Numbered from the stretch's first letter, positions 1-10,895 are shown. The stretch is DNA of 64,000 nucleotides from an uncultured Spirochaetota bacterium (GCA_963734545.1 CAVTHO010000006.1:96001-160000); one strand, 5' to 3'. The notes: generated by a model not told the origin, from the sequence alone. Numbers and translations are program-made.

Positions 1-607
1 GTTGGATTCGAGGCTTGCAGCGATCATGCCTCCGAACTCGGGATCCATGACGGACATGAGGCGGGGCAGCAGCTCCACCACGGTCGTCGCGATCCCCCGT
101 TTCGCAAAAGCCTCCGCCATCTCGAGGCCGATGAATCCCGCCGCCGGCGATCACCGCCGTTGCGGGTTTCCGGGTCTCCACGAACTCATGGATGGCGTCC
201 ATGTCAGGCACGGTCCAGAGTCGGAAAACATTCGCCGCATCCAGCCCGGGAAGAGCGGGCATCACGGGATTTCCGCCCTGGGCGAGAATCAGGGAGTCGT
301 ACTCCAGCCAGGATTCACCCTCGGGCCCCCTCACCCGCACGCGCTTTGCCGCCCGATCGATCTCGATTGCCTCCGTGTCCACGAGGACCTTCACCCCGTA
401 GCGGCTGTCGAAGCCTTCCGGTGTCTGCAGGAGAAGCTTCGAGCGCTTCTGGATGTCCCGCGAAATGTAGTAGGGCAGGCCGCAGTTGGCGTAGGAGACA
501 TACGGTCCGCGCTCGACAATGGTGATGTCCGCGGTCTCACTTATCCGCCGCGCGCGGGCAGCGGCGGTCGCGCCTCCGGCCACTCCTCCCACGATGAGGA
601 TCTTCAT
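1..607 (-). CDS. FAD-dependent pyridine nucleotide-disulfide oxidoreductase (CoA-disulfide reductase/NADH oxidase family), 5' part; runs off the window edge
   Basis: Manual minus-strand translation from ATG at 607: MKILIVGGVAGGATAAARARRISETADITIVERGPYVSYANCGLPYY (GxxGG FAD motif plus the SYANCGLPY redox Cys). Not in the ORF track because it is truncated. Confidence 0.9.
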   Translation of the reverse strand, partial: MKILIVGGVAGGATAAARARRISETADITIVERGPYVSYANCGLPYYISRDIQKRSKLLLQTPEGFDSRYGVKVLVDTEAIEIDRAAKRVRVRGPEGESWLEYDSLILAQGGNPVMPALPGLDAANVFRLWTVPDMDAIHEFVETRKPATAVIAGGGIHRPRDGGGFCETGDRDDRGGAAAPPHVRHGSRVRRHDRCKPRIQ

Positions 608-643
608 GTTCGCTGGTTCTCCTTGCCGACATTCCCTTCACCA

Positions 644-686
644 AGTATAGAGGAAGGGAGCATGCTCTTCAGTGACTTCTGTCACA
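644..686 (-). promoter_or_regulatory. Putative class II Crp/Fnr-activated promoter: GTGAC-N4-GTCAC box (671-686) plus TATACT -10 (649-644)
   Basis: AGTGACTTCTGTCACA matches TGTGA-N6-TCACA at 9/10. Its centre lies about 41.5 bp upstream of the start site predicted from the -10, and it sits next to a Crp/Fnr gene. Confidence 0.65.
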
Positions 687-1356
687 CAGGGAGGGGATCG
701 GTGCCCTTGTCCTTGAGATCTGCCGGCCGCAGGACCCGTATCCTCCCCCGAAGAGTCGTGATCAGGCCGTCCGATTCAAAATCCTTCAGAATTCTCGTCA
801 CCACTTCGCGCGAGGTGCCGAGCTCGGAGGCGATCTCGGCGTGCGTCCTTCCCACCACGTTCTGCCTGCCGCGGGCAGACTTGACGAGATACGCGGCGAT
901 CCGCGCATCCACGTGATGAAATGCCACCTCTTCCACGAGGGCGAGAACGTCTTCGAGCCTCCTGGAATAGAGGCCGAACACGAACTTCCGCCACTCGGCA
1001 TGCTCCTCCACGAGATTCATGAGAAGCCGGGAAGGAAGGAGCAGGACCTCGGTGGCGCCCTCGGCCTCGGCGACGGCCGGAAAGCTCCCGCCGTTCAGGA
1101 TGCACGTGGCCGTGAGGATGCAGCTCTCCCCCTGCTCGATCCGGTAGAGGGTGAGCTCCTTTCCGGTTTCGCTCGTCTTGTAGATGCGGAGGGTTCCTTT
1201 CAGCACGAGGGGAAGGAACGCGCACTCATTCCCGTCCCGCACGAGCACCTGCTTGTGCGCCAGGGTCTTGTGAATCCCCTGGGCGGCCAGCAGATCTTTC
1301 GAGCGCTGCGGCGCCCTCTTGAGGATCGGGAATGCATCGAAGAGCAGGTCTTCCAC
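682..1356 (-). CDS. Crp/Fnr family transcriptional regulator
   Basis: cNMP-binding-like domain ([20 protein letters not shown]) and C-terminal HTH ([21 protein letters not shown]). Confidence 0.93.
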   Translation of the reverse strand: MEDLLFDAFPILKRAPQRSKDLLAAQGIHKTLAHKQVLVRDGNECAFLPLVLKGTLRIYKTSETGKELTLYRIEQGESCILTATCILNGGSFPAVAEAEGATEVLLLPSRLLMNLVEEHAEWRKFVFGLYSRRLEDVLALVEEVAFHHVDARIAAYLVKSARGRQNVVGRTHAEIASELGTSREVVTRILKDFESDGLITTLRGRIRVLRPADLKDKGTDPLPV

Positions 1357-1463
1357 CTCGCCGGATCATCGCGCCGGGTCGCACCGTCGGTCAAGCCACG
1401 GCCGCCGGCCGCTCGCTGTCGGTCTTGACGGACCTCTCCGCGCGTGCAAACATGACGGCGTCC

Positions 1464-1770
1464 TGCCGGAAGAACAGCGCGCGAGAGAATCCTTGCAAGC
1501 GGACAGAGTCCCCCGCGGGGGATGGGGTCCCGGGGATCGCCGAAGGTGCAAACAGCGGACCGACGCTCGGGCCGCTGAAACTCTCAGGCAGAAGGATCGC
1601 GCTGGGACGGCACTCTGGAAAGTCGCCGCATGGGCCGCCTCGAACGCGGCTGCGTGCGGCCGCCGAAGGGGCATTCCCGACACTCGCGCACCATCGCCGG
1701 GAGCGAAAGGAAAACTTCGCCAGGAGCGAAAGTGCGGCTCGGGAGCAATCTCTCAGGCCCATGACAGAGG
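1464..1770 (+). ncRNA. Tandem glycine riboswitch with leader-linker k-turn
   Basis: Aptamer 1: GAGAGA...CGCCGAAGGTGCAA...AAACTCTCAGGC. Aptamer 2: CTCTGGAAAG...CGCCGAAGGGGCA...AATCTCTCAGGC...GACAGAG. P0 is TGCCG(1464)/CGGCA(1608). Directly upstream of gcvT. Confidence 0.95.
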
Positions 1771-1800
1771 GAACGGGTACACGCCCGTTCCCTTTTTTTT
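1768..1800 (+). terminator. Intrinsic terminator forming the riboswitch expression platform
   Basis: AGGGAACGGG-tacacg-CCCGTTCCCT followed by a T run; the 5' arm overlaps aptamer-2 P1 (CAGAG), consistent with an ON switch. Confidence 0.9.
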
Positions 1801-1817
1801 GCGGCAAGGGAGGAAGC

Positions 1818-2916
1818 ATGATCACCAAGCTGCACGGCTGGCACCTGCGCGCGGGCGCCCGGATGGTCGATTTCGGCGGATGGGACATGCCCATCCAGTA
1901 CGGGACCGGGCCGCGGGAGGAGCACGTCCGCGTGCGCGAAGCGGCCGGGCTGTTCGACATCGACCACATGGGCAGGCTGGAGGTCGCGGGGCCGGGTGCG
2001 CAGGATTTCCTGCAGCACGTGCAGACCTGGGACGTGTCCCGTCTTGCGGTCGGGCAGGGCCCACTACAGCATGCTTCTCAACGAGACGGGCGGAATACTC
2101 GACGACATCTTCGTCTACCACAGGCCTGGATCGTGGCTGCTGGTGGTGAACGCCTCCAACGCGCCGAAGGACAGGGCCTGGCTCGAATCGCATACTCGCG
2201 GCTTTGACGTGACTATCCGCGACCGCAGCGCCGACACCTGCCTGGTCGCCCTGCAGGGTCCTGCTGCCCGGGAGGTCCTGCAGCGCGTGTGCCCCGCAAT
2301 CGATCTTGCCAGGGTCGGTTTTCATCACATCGTGGAGTGCACGCTGGCAGGGGCCCCGAGCATTCTGTGCACATCGGGATACACGGGCGAGCCGGGGTAC
2401 GAGATGCTTCTTCCTGCCGAGAATTGCGAAGCCCTGTGGTCCGCTCTTCTCGATGCCGGCGCTTCGCACCGGCTGATCCCCTGCGGGCTTGCGGCCAGGG
2501 ATTCACTTCGCGCCGAGGCGTGTCTTCCCCTCTATGGAAATGAGATCGACGAAACAACCGACCCGCTCAGCGCGGGTCTGGCGCGGGCAGCCGTCAGCCT
2601 CGAGGGCCATGACTTCATCGGCAGGAAGGCGCTGGCGGCGCTCGCCCTGAAAAAGCCAAAGCAGGTGATGATCGGTTTCGAAATGGTGGACCCGGGGGTC
2701 CCGCGGCACGGCTACCCGATCGCGGTGGACGGCAGGACCGCGGGACGGGTGACCACCGGACTTTTCAGCCCGAGCACCGGAAAGTACCTTGGCATGGGGT
2801 ACGTGGAGGTGCTCCGGGCGGGCGTCGGTGAGCAGGTAGGCGTCGTCATCAGGGAGGCCGTGAAGGCGGCGCGGATCGTCGCACGGCCCTTCTACACATC
2901 GCCACACTGGAGGTGA
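1818..2916 (+). CDS. gcvT: Glycine cleavage system aminomethyltransferase T (frameshift near 2060)
   Basis: [22 protein letters not shown], then in the next frame GYTGEPGYE and [12 protein letters not shown]. Confidence 0.95.
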
Positions 2917-2919
2917 AGC

Positions 2920-3310
2920 ATGGAATACCGGTTCGACGACAAGGTGCGCTACTCGAAGACCCACGAGTGGGTGCGGGTCGAGGGAGGAGAGGCGGTGATC
3001 GGCATCAGCGACTACGCGCAGAACAAGCTCTCCGACGTCGTCTTCGTGGAGCTTCCCGCCGCGGGCAAGGAATTGCGCGCGGGGCAGTCCTGCATGGTCA
3101 TCGAGTCCGTGAAGGCCGCGGAGGAGGTGTTTGCCCCCGTGTCGGGCGCGGTTGTCGCGCGCAACGAGAAACTGGAAAAGGCACCCGAGCTGGTGAACAA
3201 GGACCCCTTCGGCGACGGGTGGCTCGTGAAGGTGACGCTCTCCGATCCCGCGGGAGGTTGATTCCCTTATGGACGCGGCCGCCTATCGAAAGCTCGTGGA
3301 GACCCTATGA
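2920..3310 (+). CDS. gcvH: Glycine cleavage system H protein (frameshift near 3255)
   Basis: YSKTHEWV, GISDYAQ, lipoyl motif IESVKAA; C-terminus LMDAAAYRKLVETL in the shifted frame. Confidence 0.95.
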
Positions 3311-4665
3311 GCTTCATCCCCAACACCGACGCCGACCGGGTCAGGATGCTCGACGCCATCGGCGTCGGCGCGGTCGGCGATCTGTTCCACGACGTTCCCC
3401 GGGAGCACCGCTTCCCCCGGCTCGATCTGCTTCCGGCGGTGTCCGAGCAGGAGATCCTGAAGGAGCTGGACGGCCTTTCGCGGCGGAACGCCGACTGCGG
3501 GCATACCCCGTGCTTCCTGGGCGCGGGCGCGTATCACCACTTCATTCCCAGCGTCGTGGATTTCGTGGTGTCCCGGTCGGAGTTCTACACCGCGTACACA
3601 CCCTACCAGCCCGAAATCAGCCAGGGGACCCTGCAGGCGATCTTCGAGTACCAGAGCATGATCGCGCGGCTGACAGGCATGGAGGTCTCCAATGCCTCAC
3701 ACTATGACGGGGCCACCTCCACCGCAGAGGCCGTCATCATGGCGCTGAACGTGGGCCAGCACCAGAGGAAGCGGGTCGTGGTCTCCTCCGGTGTGCATCC
3801 CCAGTACCGCGAGGTCGTGCGCACCTACACCCAGGGAATGGGGCTGCAGTTCGACGGGGACGAGAAACCGAGGCATCAGCGCTGACCTGCTCGCCGGCCT
3901 GTGCGACTCTTCCACGGCGTGCGTCGTGGTCCAGAGCCCGGACTTCTTCGGAAGGATCATTCGCTCCGGCGGCCCTCAAGGCCCTTGCGGAAAAGGTGCA
4001 TGCGATGCGGCGCCCTCCTGGTGGTCGTGGTCAACCCGATCTCTCTCGGCCTGCTCGTTCCCCCGGGGGAGCTCGGCGCGGACGTGGTGGCGGGAGAAGG
4101 ACAGGCGCTGGGCAACGCAATGGCGTTCGGCGGACCGTCGCTCGGTTTCTTTGCCTTCCGCAAGGATCAGATCCGCCGGTCCAGCGGCCGGATCGCGGGA
4201 GAGAGCACCGACCGGGAGGGGTCGCGGGGCTACGTATTCACGCTGAGCACGCGCGAGCAGCACATCCGGCGCGACAAGGCGACGTCGAACATCTGCACCA
4301 ACCAGTCCCTGAACGCGCTCGCCGCCGCGGTGTATCTCACCTCTCTCGGGCCGCGAGGGCTGCGCCGCGTGGCGGAGCTGTGCTGGCACAAGGCGCACTA
4401 TGCGGCGGCGAGTATCGCGCGCCTACCGGGGTACGCGGTGGAGGGAGGGGAGTTTTTCCACGAGTTCGTCGTGCGTTGCCCGCGGCCCCGTCGCAGGAGA
4501 CCAACCGCCGGCTGTACGAGAGGCACGGGATGCTGGGCGGATTCGACCTGGCCGCGCAGCTATCCCGAAAGGAAGGACTGCATGCTCGTCTGCTGCACGG
4601 AGATGAACAGCCGCGACGAGATCGACGCGTTCGTGTCCGCGCTGAAGGAGGCGGGCAATGGCTGA
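3307..4665 (+). CDS. gcvPA: Glycine dehydrogenase subunit 1 (frameshifted)
   Basis: FLGAGAY, EFYTAYTPYQPEISQGTLQ, TREQHIRRDKATSNICTNQ. Confidence 0.95.
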
Positions 4666-6167
4666 GCCGCTCATCTTCGAAGTCTCGCGCCCGGGGCGTG
4701 AAGGGGTGTCCCTGCCCGGCTGCGACGTGCCCGAGACGGCGATCCCGGCAGAGCTTCGGCGCGCGGACGCTCGGACTGCCGGAGGTCGCAGAGGTGGATG
4801 TCGTGCGCCACTACGTGCATCTCTCCCAGATGAACTACTCCGTGGACACGGGTCTCTATCCGCTTGGGCTCCTGCACCATGAAGTACAATCCCAAGGTCA
4901 ACGAGGTGGCTGCCCGGCTGCCGGGCTTCGCGCTCCTGCATCCCCTGCAGGACACTGCCACCGCGCAGGGTGCCATGTCCCTGATGTACGCGCTGCAGGA
5001 GATGCTGGCCGAGATCGGCGGGTTTCCACGCGGTGAGCCTCCAGCCCTCTGCGGGAGCCCAGGGTGAGCTCACCGGCATCCTGATCATGCGCAAATATCA
5101 CGCGGAGAACGGCCAGCCCGGAAGAAACCGCATACTGGTGCCTGATTCCGCGCATGGCACGAACCCTGCCTCCACGACCATGGGGGGACTCGAAGTGGTG
5201 GAGGTGCCCTCGGATGCCCGCGGAAACATCGATCTGCTGCACCTGCGGGCAAGCCTGGACGATCGGGTCGCGGGTCTCATGCTCACGAACCCCAATACTC
5301 TCGGCCTTTTCGAGGAGAACCTGCTCGAGGTCACGCGCCTCGTGCACGAGGCAGGCGGCCTCGTGTACGGAGACGGCGCGAACTTCAATGCGATCCTGGG
5401 GGTCGCGAAGCCGGGCAGAATGGGCATCGACGTCATGCATTTCAACCTGCACAAGACATTTTCCACGCCGCACGGCGGCGGAGGACCGGGATCCGGGGCG
5501 GTGGGAGTGGCGGAGCGCCTGGCGGAGTATCTTCCCGGGCCCGTTGTGGCAAAGACCGGGCGAGGCGCGGGGAACCGCCCGCTATCAATGGCGGACTCCC
5601 CGCCGATCCATCGGGCGGGTAAAGAGCTTCCAGGGAAATTTCGGCGTTCTCGTGCGCGCGTACACCTATATCCGCATGCACGGTCCCGAGGGACTTCGCG
5701 CCATAGCGGAGAATGCAGTGCTCAATGCCAACTACCTGCAGGCCCGGCTGAAGGATGTCTACCCCGTGCCGCACGGCGACCGCACCTGCATGCACGAGTT
5801 CGTGGCGCAGGGAAAGCTGGCCGCCGCGCCTGATATCCGCGCCCTGGACATCTCGAAACGATTGATCGATTACGGATTCCACCCGCCGACCAACTATTTC
5901 CCGCTCATCGTGCCCGAGGCCCTCATGATCGAGCCCACCGAGACGGAAAGCCTGGAGACCCTGGACAGGTTCCTGGATGCGATGCGCGCGATTGCGCGGG
6001 AAGCGGTCTCGACGCCCGACCTTCTCCACGACGCGCCGCACGCATCACCCGTCCGCAGGATGGACGAGGTGAAGGCGGCGCGGGATCTGCGGGTGACGGC
6101 GGAGCAGGGGGGAGTGGAGGGGGGTGGGGGGAGCCCGCGCGCCTCTCGCCGGACTACGAGCACCTAG
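4658..6167 (+). CDS. gcvPB: Glycine dehydrogenase subunit 2 (frameshifted)
   Basis: [38 protein letters not shown] (PLP Lys), [11 protein letters not shown]. Confidence 0.95.
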
Positions 6168-6585
6168 AGACGTGCGCACCCCCGGGAGGTGTCTGTAGAT
6201 CGTTGATGACCCAGTTTTCTGAAACGGTGCCGACGTCGACCATGACGAACTGAAATAAACCCATGTCCACTGCCGATTTGTCATAGATGTGGACCTCAAC
6301 ATCTGTTGGGGTTGAGGTATTTGGCGGGTTCGGGCTGTAGGTATATGGCTTTTGGGCATCAGGGAATTGAGTCTCCCAGAAGGAGGCGGGCTTGGTCGTG
6401 GAGTAGGCCGCTGTGCTGGGGTCCAGGTTCTTGTACGTATCCGACCTGTCACCGTTCAGGCTGTCGACGAAATCCTTGATGCGGTCCTCTATGCTGACCG
6501 GCGCGAGAGAACAACTGAATAGAAACGTCATCGTTATTGCGGCGATTATGAGCAATGTGATCCTTATTCTGGTCTTCACTGCCAT
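6154..6585 (-). CDS. Hypothetical lipoprotein
   Basis: [25 protein letters not shown] lipobox-like signal; GGAGG RBS upstream of ATG 6585. Confidence 0.75.
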   Translation of the reverse strand: MAVKTRIRITLLIIAAITMTFLFSCSLAPVSIEDRIKDFVDSLNGDRSDTYKNLDPSTAAYSTTKPASFWETQFPDAQKPYTYSPNPPNTSTPTDVEVHIYDKSAVDMGLFQFVMVDVGTVSENWVINDLQTPPGGAHVSRCS

Positions 6586-6590
6586 CCTCC

Positions 6591-7607
6591 TCAGATATCC
6601 GCATCGACGAGTTGCGGGGCGATAGACTGTTCGAACGACGATAGGAAATTGCCGAACCGGGACAGGAATTCCCTCCACGTGGGATCGTCGGGATTCGTGA
6701 TATAGCGCGACTTCAGGAGAAGATACAGACGGCCTGCCACGAACCTGCGCATGGAAAGCGCCGCCAGGGAGAAATAGCGGACATTGAGAAAGACGTGTCC
6801 TGCATCAAGCGCAAGCGGCGTGATCACCTGTTGCTGGAATTTGCTGGCTTCATCGACTCCCTTTTCTTTGAGAATCTGCTCGCGGTTCTGCCGCTCCGCA
6901 TCGAGGCGTGCCTTGTACTCCAGATATGTCGCGTAGTAATCCGCAACGTTCTTTTCGTACTCCGCCAGGGAGCTCTCGATGCTCGTCATGGCTGCCAGCG
7001 GATCCGCCAGCATTGCGGTGAGCTTGTCCTCGTTCCACTTGCTGTAGTCCATCAGCTCTTTCGGCACGGTGAATTTGTCCCCGGGCGGCTTCCCGAGCGG
7101 CACCTCGACACCTTCGGTGGCCACGAGATCCACCGATCTGCCCTCCGATTCAACCGTCACCTGTCCCGAGTCCACCGCGATCAGGGTCGAGCCGTCGGCA
7201 CCGGAGAACACGCTGAACTCGGTGCCTCGGACGCCGGCAATCGCACCGTTGGTGCGCACGAGGGGCTCCTGGCCGGTGAGCTTGTCATAGCGGAACTTGA
7301 TGGAGCCGAGCGTCACCGAAAGGACGGAGGAAGTCTTTCCTCCCTGCTCCCTCTCCATGAGGGTGAAGACGGTATTCTTTGCTATCTTGATCGTGACGCC
7401 CTTCTGGTCCAGCTCCGCAAGGCCGTCCTTGCCCGTCCGCAGGGCGTCACCGGTATTGATCCTGTCACCGATCTGCGCGTCCTGCACCTTTCCGGTCTTC
7501 AGCTTGATGCTCGCGTCCCCTTCCGCATACGTCACGTCCGCGGGGGCCGCGGAAAGGGCAATGGCCCCGATGAGCATGAACGCCGCGCGCGTGAGTGCCT
7601 TCTTCAT
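6591..7607 (-). CDS. FecR-domain exported protein with helical C-terminus
   Basis: Signal peptide; FecR motifs GDALRTGKDG and VRTNGAIAGVRGTEFSV. Confidence 0.85.
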   Translation of the reverse strand: MKKALTRAAFMLIGAIALSAAPADVTYAEGDASIKLKTGKVQDAQIGDRINTGDALRTGKDGLAELDQKGVTIKIAKNTVFTLMEREQGGKTSSVLSVTLGSIKFRYDKLTGQEPLVRTNGAIAGVRGTEFSVFSGADGSTLIAVDSGQVTVESEGRSVDLVATEGVEVPLGKPPGDKFTVPKELMDYSKWNEDKLTAMLADPLAAMTSIESSLAEYEKNVADYYATYLEYKARLDAERQNREQILKEKGVDEASKFQQQVITPLALDAGHVFLNVRYFSLAALSMRRFVAGRLYLLLKSRYITNPDDPTWREFLSRFGNFLSSFEQSIAPQLVDADI

Positions 7608-7608
7608 G

Positions 7609-8079
7609 TCAATACGGTCCCTTGAACCCGTAGATCGTCTTCTTGAACCAGCTGTCGCCGAACAGGAGCAGAATCTTCTTTCCGGATCGGGAGGTCCCCA
7701 GCTCCAGGAGACGGGCCTCCTTCTTCACGTACTGCGTAAAGAATGATTTCACTTCCATGGTATCCGCGAATTGCCTGTAGCTGTCCGCGGCGAACGGAGA
7801 TGCCTGCAGCAGCGTGGCGCCTTCCACCCTGAAGCCCGCTTTCACGATGCCGGTCCAGAATGAAGCAATGTCCGGCTTCAGCGTGACGATTTCTCCGTCC
7901 ACGAGGAACGGCGCGGCGCTCATGGCCGCGAGCTTGTCAGCCTGACCCTCATTGATGAGCCGGGCGACCGTCTCCACATTCCCCTGGTCCCACGAGCGCT
8001 GCAGGGAAGCGCACGAAGCCAGGAGGAGCAACACGGCCACGGAAGCCGCCCCGGCAAGCCTTCTACCGTGAGAGCGCAT
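7609..8079 (-). CDS. Hypothetical lipoprotein
   Basis: LLLLASC lipobox; first gene of a three-gene operon. Confidence 0.75.
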   Translation of the reverse strand: MRSHGRRLAGAASVAVLLLLASCASLQRSWDQGNVETVARLINEGQADKLAAMSAAPFLVDGEIVTLKPDIASFWTGIVKAGFRVEGATLLQASPFAADSYRQFADTMEVKSFFTQYVKKEARLLELGTSRSGKKILLLFGDSWFKKTIYGFKGPY

Positions 8080-8134
8080 TCTTAAAGGGTATTGCTTTGC
8101 GGAGCCGTTTTCAAGGATCGGCCCGGGCCGGCGT

Positions 8135-9117
8135 CTACCAGCGGTGGTGCACGTCGTCGCGGACCAGCCTGTCGTATATCTCCTTCACCTTTCTCATTGT
8201 CCCGCGCGAGAGCCGCGGAGCATTCGACGCGCGGCAGTTGTCCTCCACCTGCTCGGGTTTCTTGGCGCCGGGGATCGCGCAGCTCACCGCGTCATGCATG
8301 AGGATCCATTTCAGCGCGAACTGCGTCATGGTCATCCCGTGGGGCAGGATCTGTTTCAGCTCTTCCACGGCCTGGAGACCCCGCACGTAATCCACGCCCG
8401 CGAATGTCTCCCCCCTGTCGAAGGCCTGGCCCTTGCGGTTGAAAGCCGATGGTCGTCCGCGCGGAAACGGGTGGCGCGTGTCATCCTTCCCGTGAGCAGG
8501 CCGCTGGCAAGCGGCACGCGCGCGAGTATCCCGATCCACCGCGATTTCGCCTCGCGGAAGAAGAGCTCGGCGGGCCTCTGCCGGAACATGTTGAAGATGA
8601 TCTGCACCGTCTTCACGCCCGGGTACTCGATGGCCTTGAGCGCTTCCTCCACCTTTTCCACGCTGACCCCGTAGTTTTTCAGCTTCCCGGCCTTCACCAT
8701 GTCATCCAGCTCTTTGAACATCTCCGGCGTGTAGTAGATCTGCGGGGGAGGGCAGTGAAGCTGGAGCAGGTCGAGGGCCTCGACCCGGAGGTTTCGAAGG
8801 CTCCCTTCCACGAACTTCCTGATGGCGGTGGCCGTGTACTTCTCCGCCACGTGGGGGGTGATTTTTCTGCCCGCCTTGGTGGCCACGTAGATGGTCTCCG
8901 AGCGCTCACGGAGGAGCTTCCCGATCAGCCTTTCGCTTCTGCCGTTGCCATACACGTCGGCCGTGTCGATGAAATTGACCCCGAGGTCGACCGCCTTGTG
9001 CAGCGCGGCCAGGGACTCGCGGTCGTCCACCAGGCCCCATGCGGAGCCGATGGCCCATGCGCCGAAGCTCACTTCCGAGACCTTCATCCCGGTCTTTCCA
9101 AGAAGTCGGTAATTCAT
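8135..9117 (-). CDS. Aldo/keto reductase (frameshift near 8450)
   Basis: GVNFIDTADVYG, DLLQLH, ALKWIL...AIPGAK. Confidence 0.92.
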
Positions 9118-9200
9118 GGCATCCTCCGAGCGTTTTCAGGTCTGGGCAGAGGGTATCCTATTTGCCCGCCGGGGGCAATTTCCCGCACGCGAATGAATCG

Positions 9201-10149
9201 CTACTCGGGCAGCAGCAGGTTCTCCAGACCGGCGCCCAGCATGACCAGCGGGATGGCGATGCCGACCGCGCCATGCGCGACGCCGAGGCCGATGACCATG
9301 TCGTGGTCTCCCCTGCTCAGGGCGTCGCTGGTCAGGAATCCCAGCACCATCTGCGCCGACCATGAGCGTCCCGTGCACGAAGAATGCGTAGCGGTGGATG
9401 TCGTGCTTGGTAAGCTTTCCCGGCGTCGAGTCGGTGAACATGGAGATTCCCGTGAGAGCGTCACCGAGGTAGAGCGTTTCCCCCGCGACCAGAAGACCCA
9501 CGTGCCACCATCTGAGGGAGGATTGTTCACCCCAGACTTTTCTGATCTCCGCCGAACGCACCGCCGGGTTCCCCGTGTCCTCATCCCAGCCGATGGCGTC
9601 GCGGTACTTGTGGCTCTCGTTCATCATGTCGATGATATGTATCCCGCCGATTATTCCCGCTGCCAGAAACATGGCCGTGGAGGTGAAGCCGGCGACCTCG
9701 TGAAACGCGACCTTGCTGGGGAAGAAAAGGAATCTCCCGGAACTGGCCGGTGTGGCGGTTGCCTGCGCGTCCGCCGCGGAGACGGCAATGGGAAGATCCG
9801 TTGAAGGCGCGCCTGCGGCAATCCAGCCGCGGATGAAGGCCTTCTGCTCCGGTGTGAGCTTGTCTCCCTCCGCGGGCATCTCGTCCGTGGAGATCCTCTG
9901 GTACAGGACGCTCTTCTCAGGGAAGCCCGGAACGATCCTCCCCCCTGCCGTGATCGATTCCCACGAGCCGGTCCAGTCGTGACAGGCTGAACAGCTCGTG
10001 TCGAGGATCTCCTTGATCGTGGCGAACCCCTTGTTCGCCAGGGGTGCCGGTGCGGCGGCTTCCGCGGACGCGACCGGGGGAATAACCAGGAGCGCGCCGA
10101 GGAGGACCAGGATCAGAGTACACCTGTTTTGAACCTGCAACTTACCCAT
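9201..10149 (-). CDS. Exported monoheme cytochrome c domain fused to a His-containing membrane domain (frameshift near 9360)
   Basis: Signal peptide, CSACH, IVPGFPEKSVLY...MP...WIAAGA (planctomycete-type cytochrome c pattern), then hydrophobic helices carrying His. Confidence 0.75.
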
Positions 10150-10268
10150 GGGCACAGGGTAGCAGGGAGCGCACGAAAATCAAGAGGGCGCATTTATGGT
10201 TGACTATTCCGCCCGGGGTTGCCATCTTTTTCAAAAACGCGGGAAGGACTGAAAACGGAGGGTAGGCC

Positions 10269-10727
10269 ATGGAAACCGTTGCAGAATATCTGAAGAACAA
10301 AGGGGCTGAAATCTACAGCGTGCGCCCGAACGCAACCGTGTATGGAGCACTGGAGCTGATGGCGGAGAAGAACATCGGCGCGGTCATCGTGACGGACGAA
10401 GAGGGGAAGCTCCACGGGATCTTCTCTGAGCGCGATTTTGCGCGCAAGATGATCATCAAGGGCAGAAACGCGAATACGACCAAGGTCAAGGAAATCATGA
10501 CCACTCTCATCGTCTCCGTGAATCCGGACACGCGTATCCACGAATGCATGGCCCTGATGACGGAAAAGAGAATCCGCCACCTGCCGGTCCTGGACGGGGA
10601 GAAGATCGTGGGGGTCGTCTCCATCGGTGACGTGGTGAAGTCGATGCTCACCGAACAGGAGATGGTGATTTCCCAGCAGGCATACAAGATCGACCAGCTC
10701 GAACAGTACATTTCCCTGACCCCGTAG
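10269..10727 (+). CDS. CBS-domain pair protein
   Basis: GIFSERD, IRHLPV, GVVSIGDVVK. Confidence 0.92.
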   Translation: METVAEYLKNKGAEIYSVRPNATVYGALELMAEKNIGAVIVTDEEGKLHGIFSERDFARKMIIKGRNANTTKVKEIMTTLIVSVNPDTRIHECMALMTEKRIRHLPVLDGEKIVGVVSIGDVVKSMLTEQEMVISQQAYKIDQLEQYISLTP

Positions 10728-10809
10728 GGGGGGCGCCGCGTACAGGGATGCGTAGGGCGGCAGCCGGCCGCGAAGCGGACGGCGAGAGCCTACGGGAGGC
10801 GCCCCCTAG
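10724..10809. repeat. GTAG...CTAG-bounded nested palindromic element (REP/REPIN-like)
   Basis: GTAGGGGGGGCGCC...GGCGCCCCCTAG outer arms, inner CGTAGG/CCTACG and CCGCGAAGCGG hairpins. Confidence 0.6.
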
Positions 10810-10895
10810 ACAAGGGCTGCGGGCGGCTGGCGAGAGCTCGAAAAACCTCTTATCATAGAGCGTCACATTCAGAAACCGCACGAGGAGGCCCGGCC

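Noticed and set aside
2-916. 304-aa plus-strand ORF and similar long overlapping ORFs
   Set aside because: Antisense to clear minus-strand genes (CoA-disulfide reductase family, Crp/Fnr).
6107-6131. G-rich tract (possible G-quadruplex) at the gcvPB 3' end
   Set aside because: Only three long G runs, homopolymer lengths are unreliable in this assembly, and there is no functional context.
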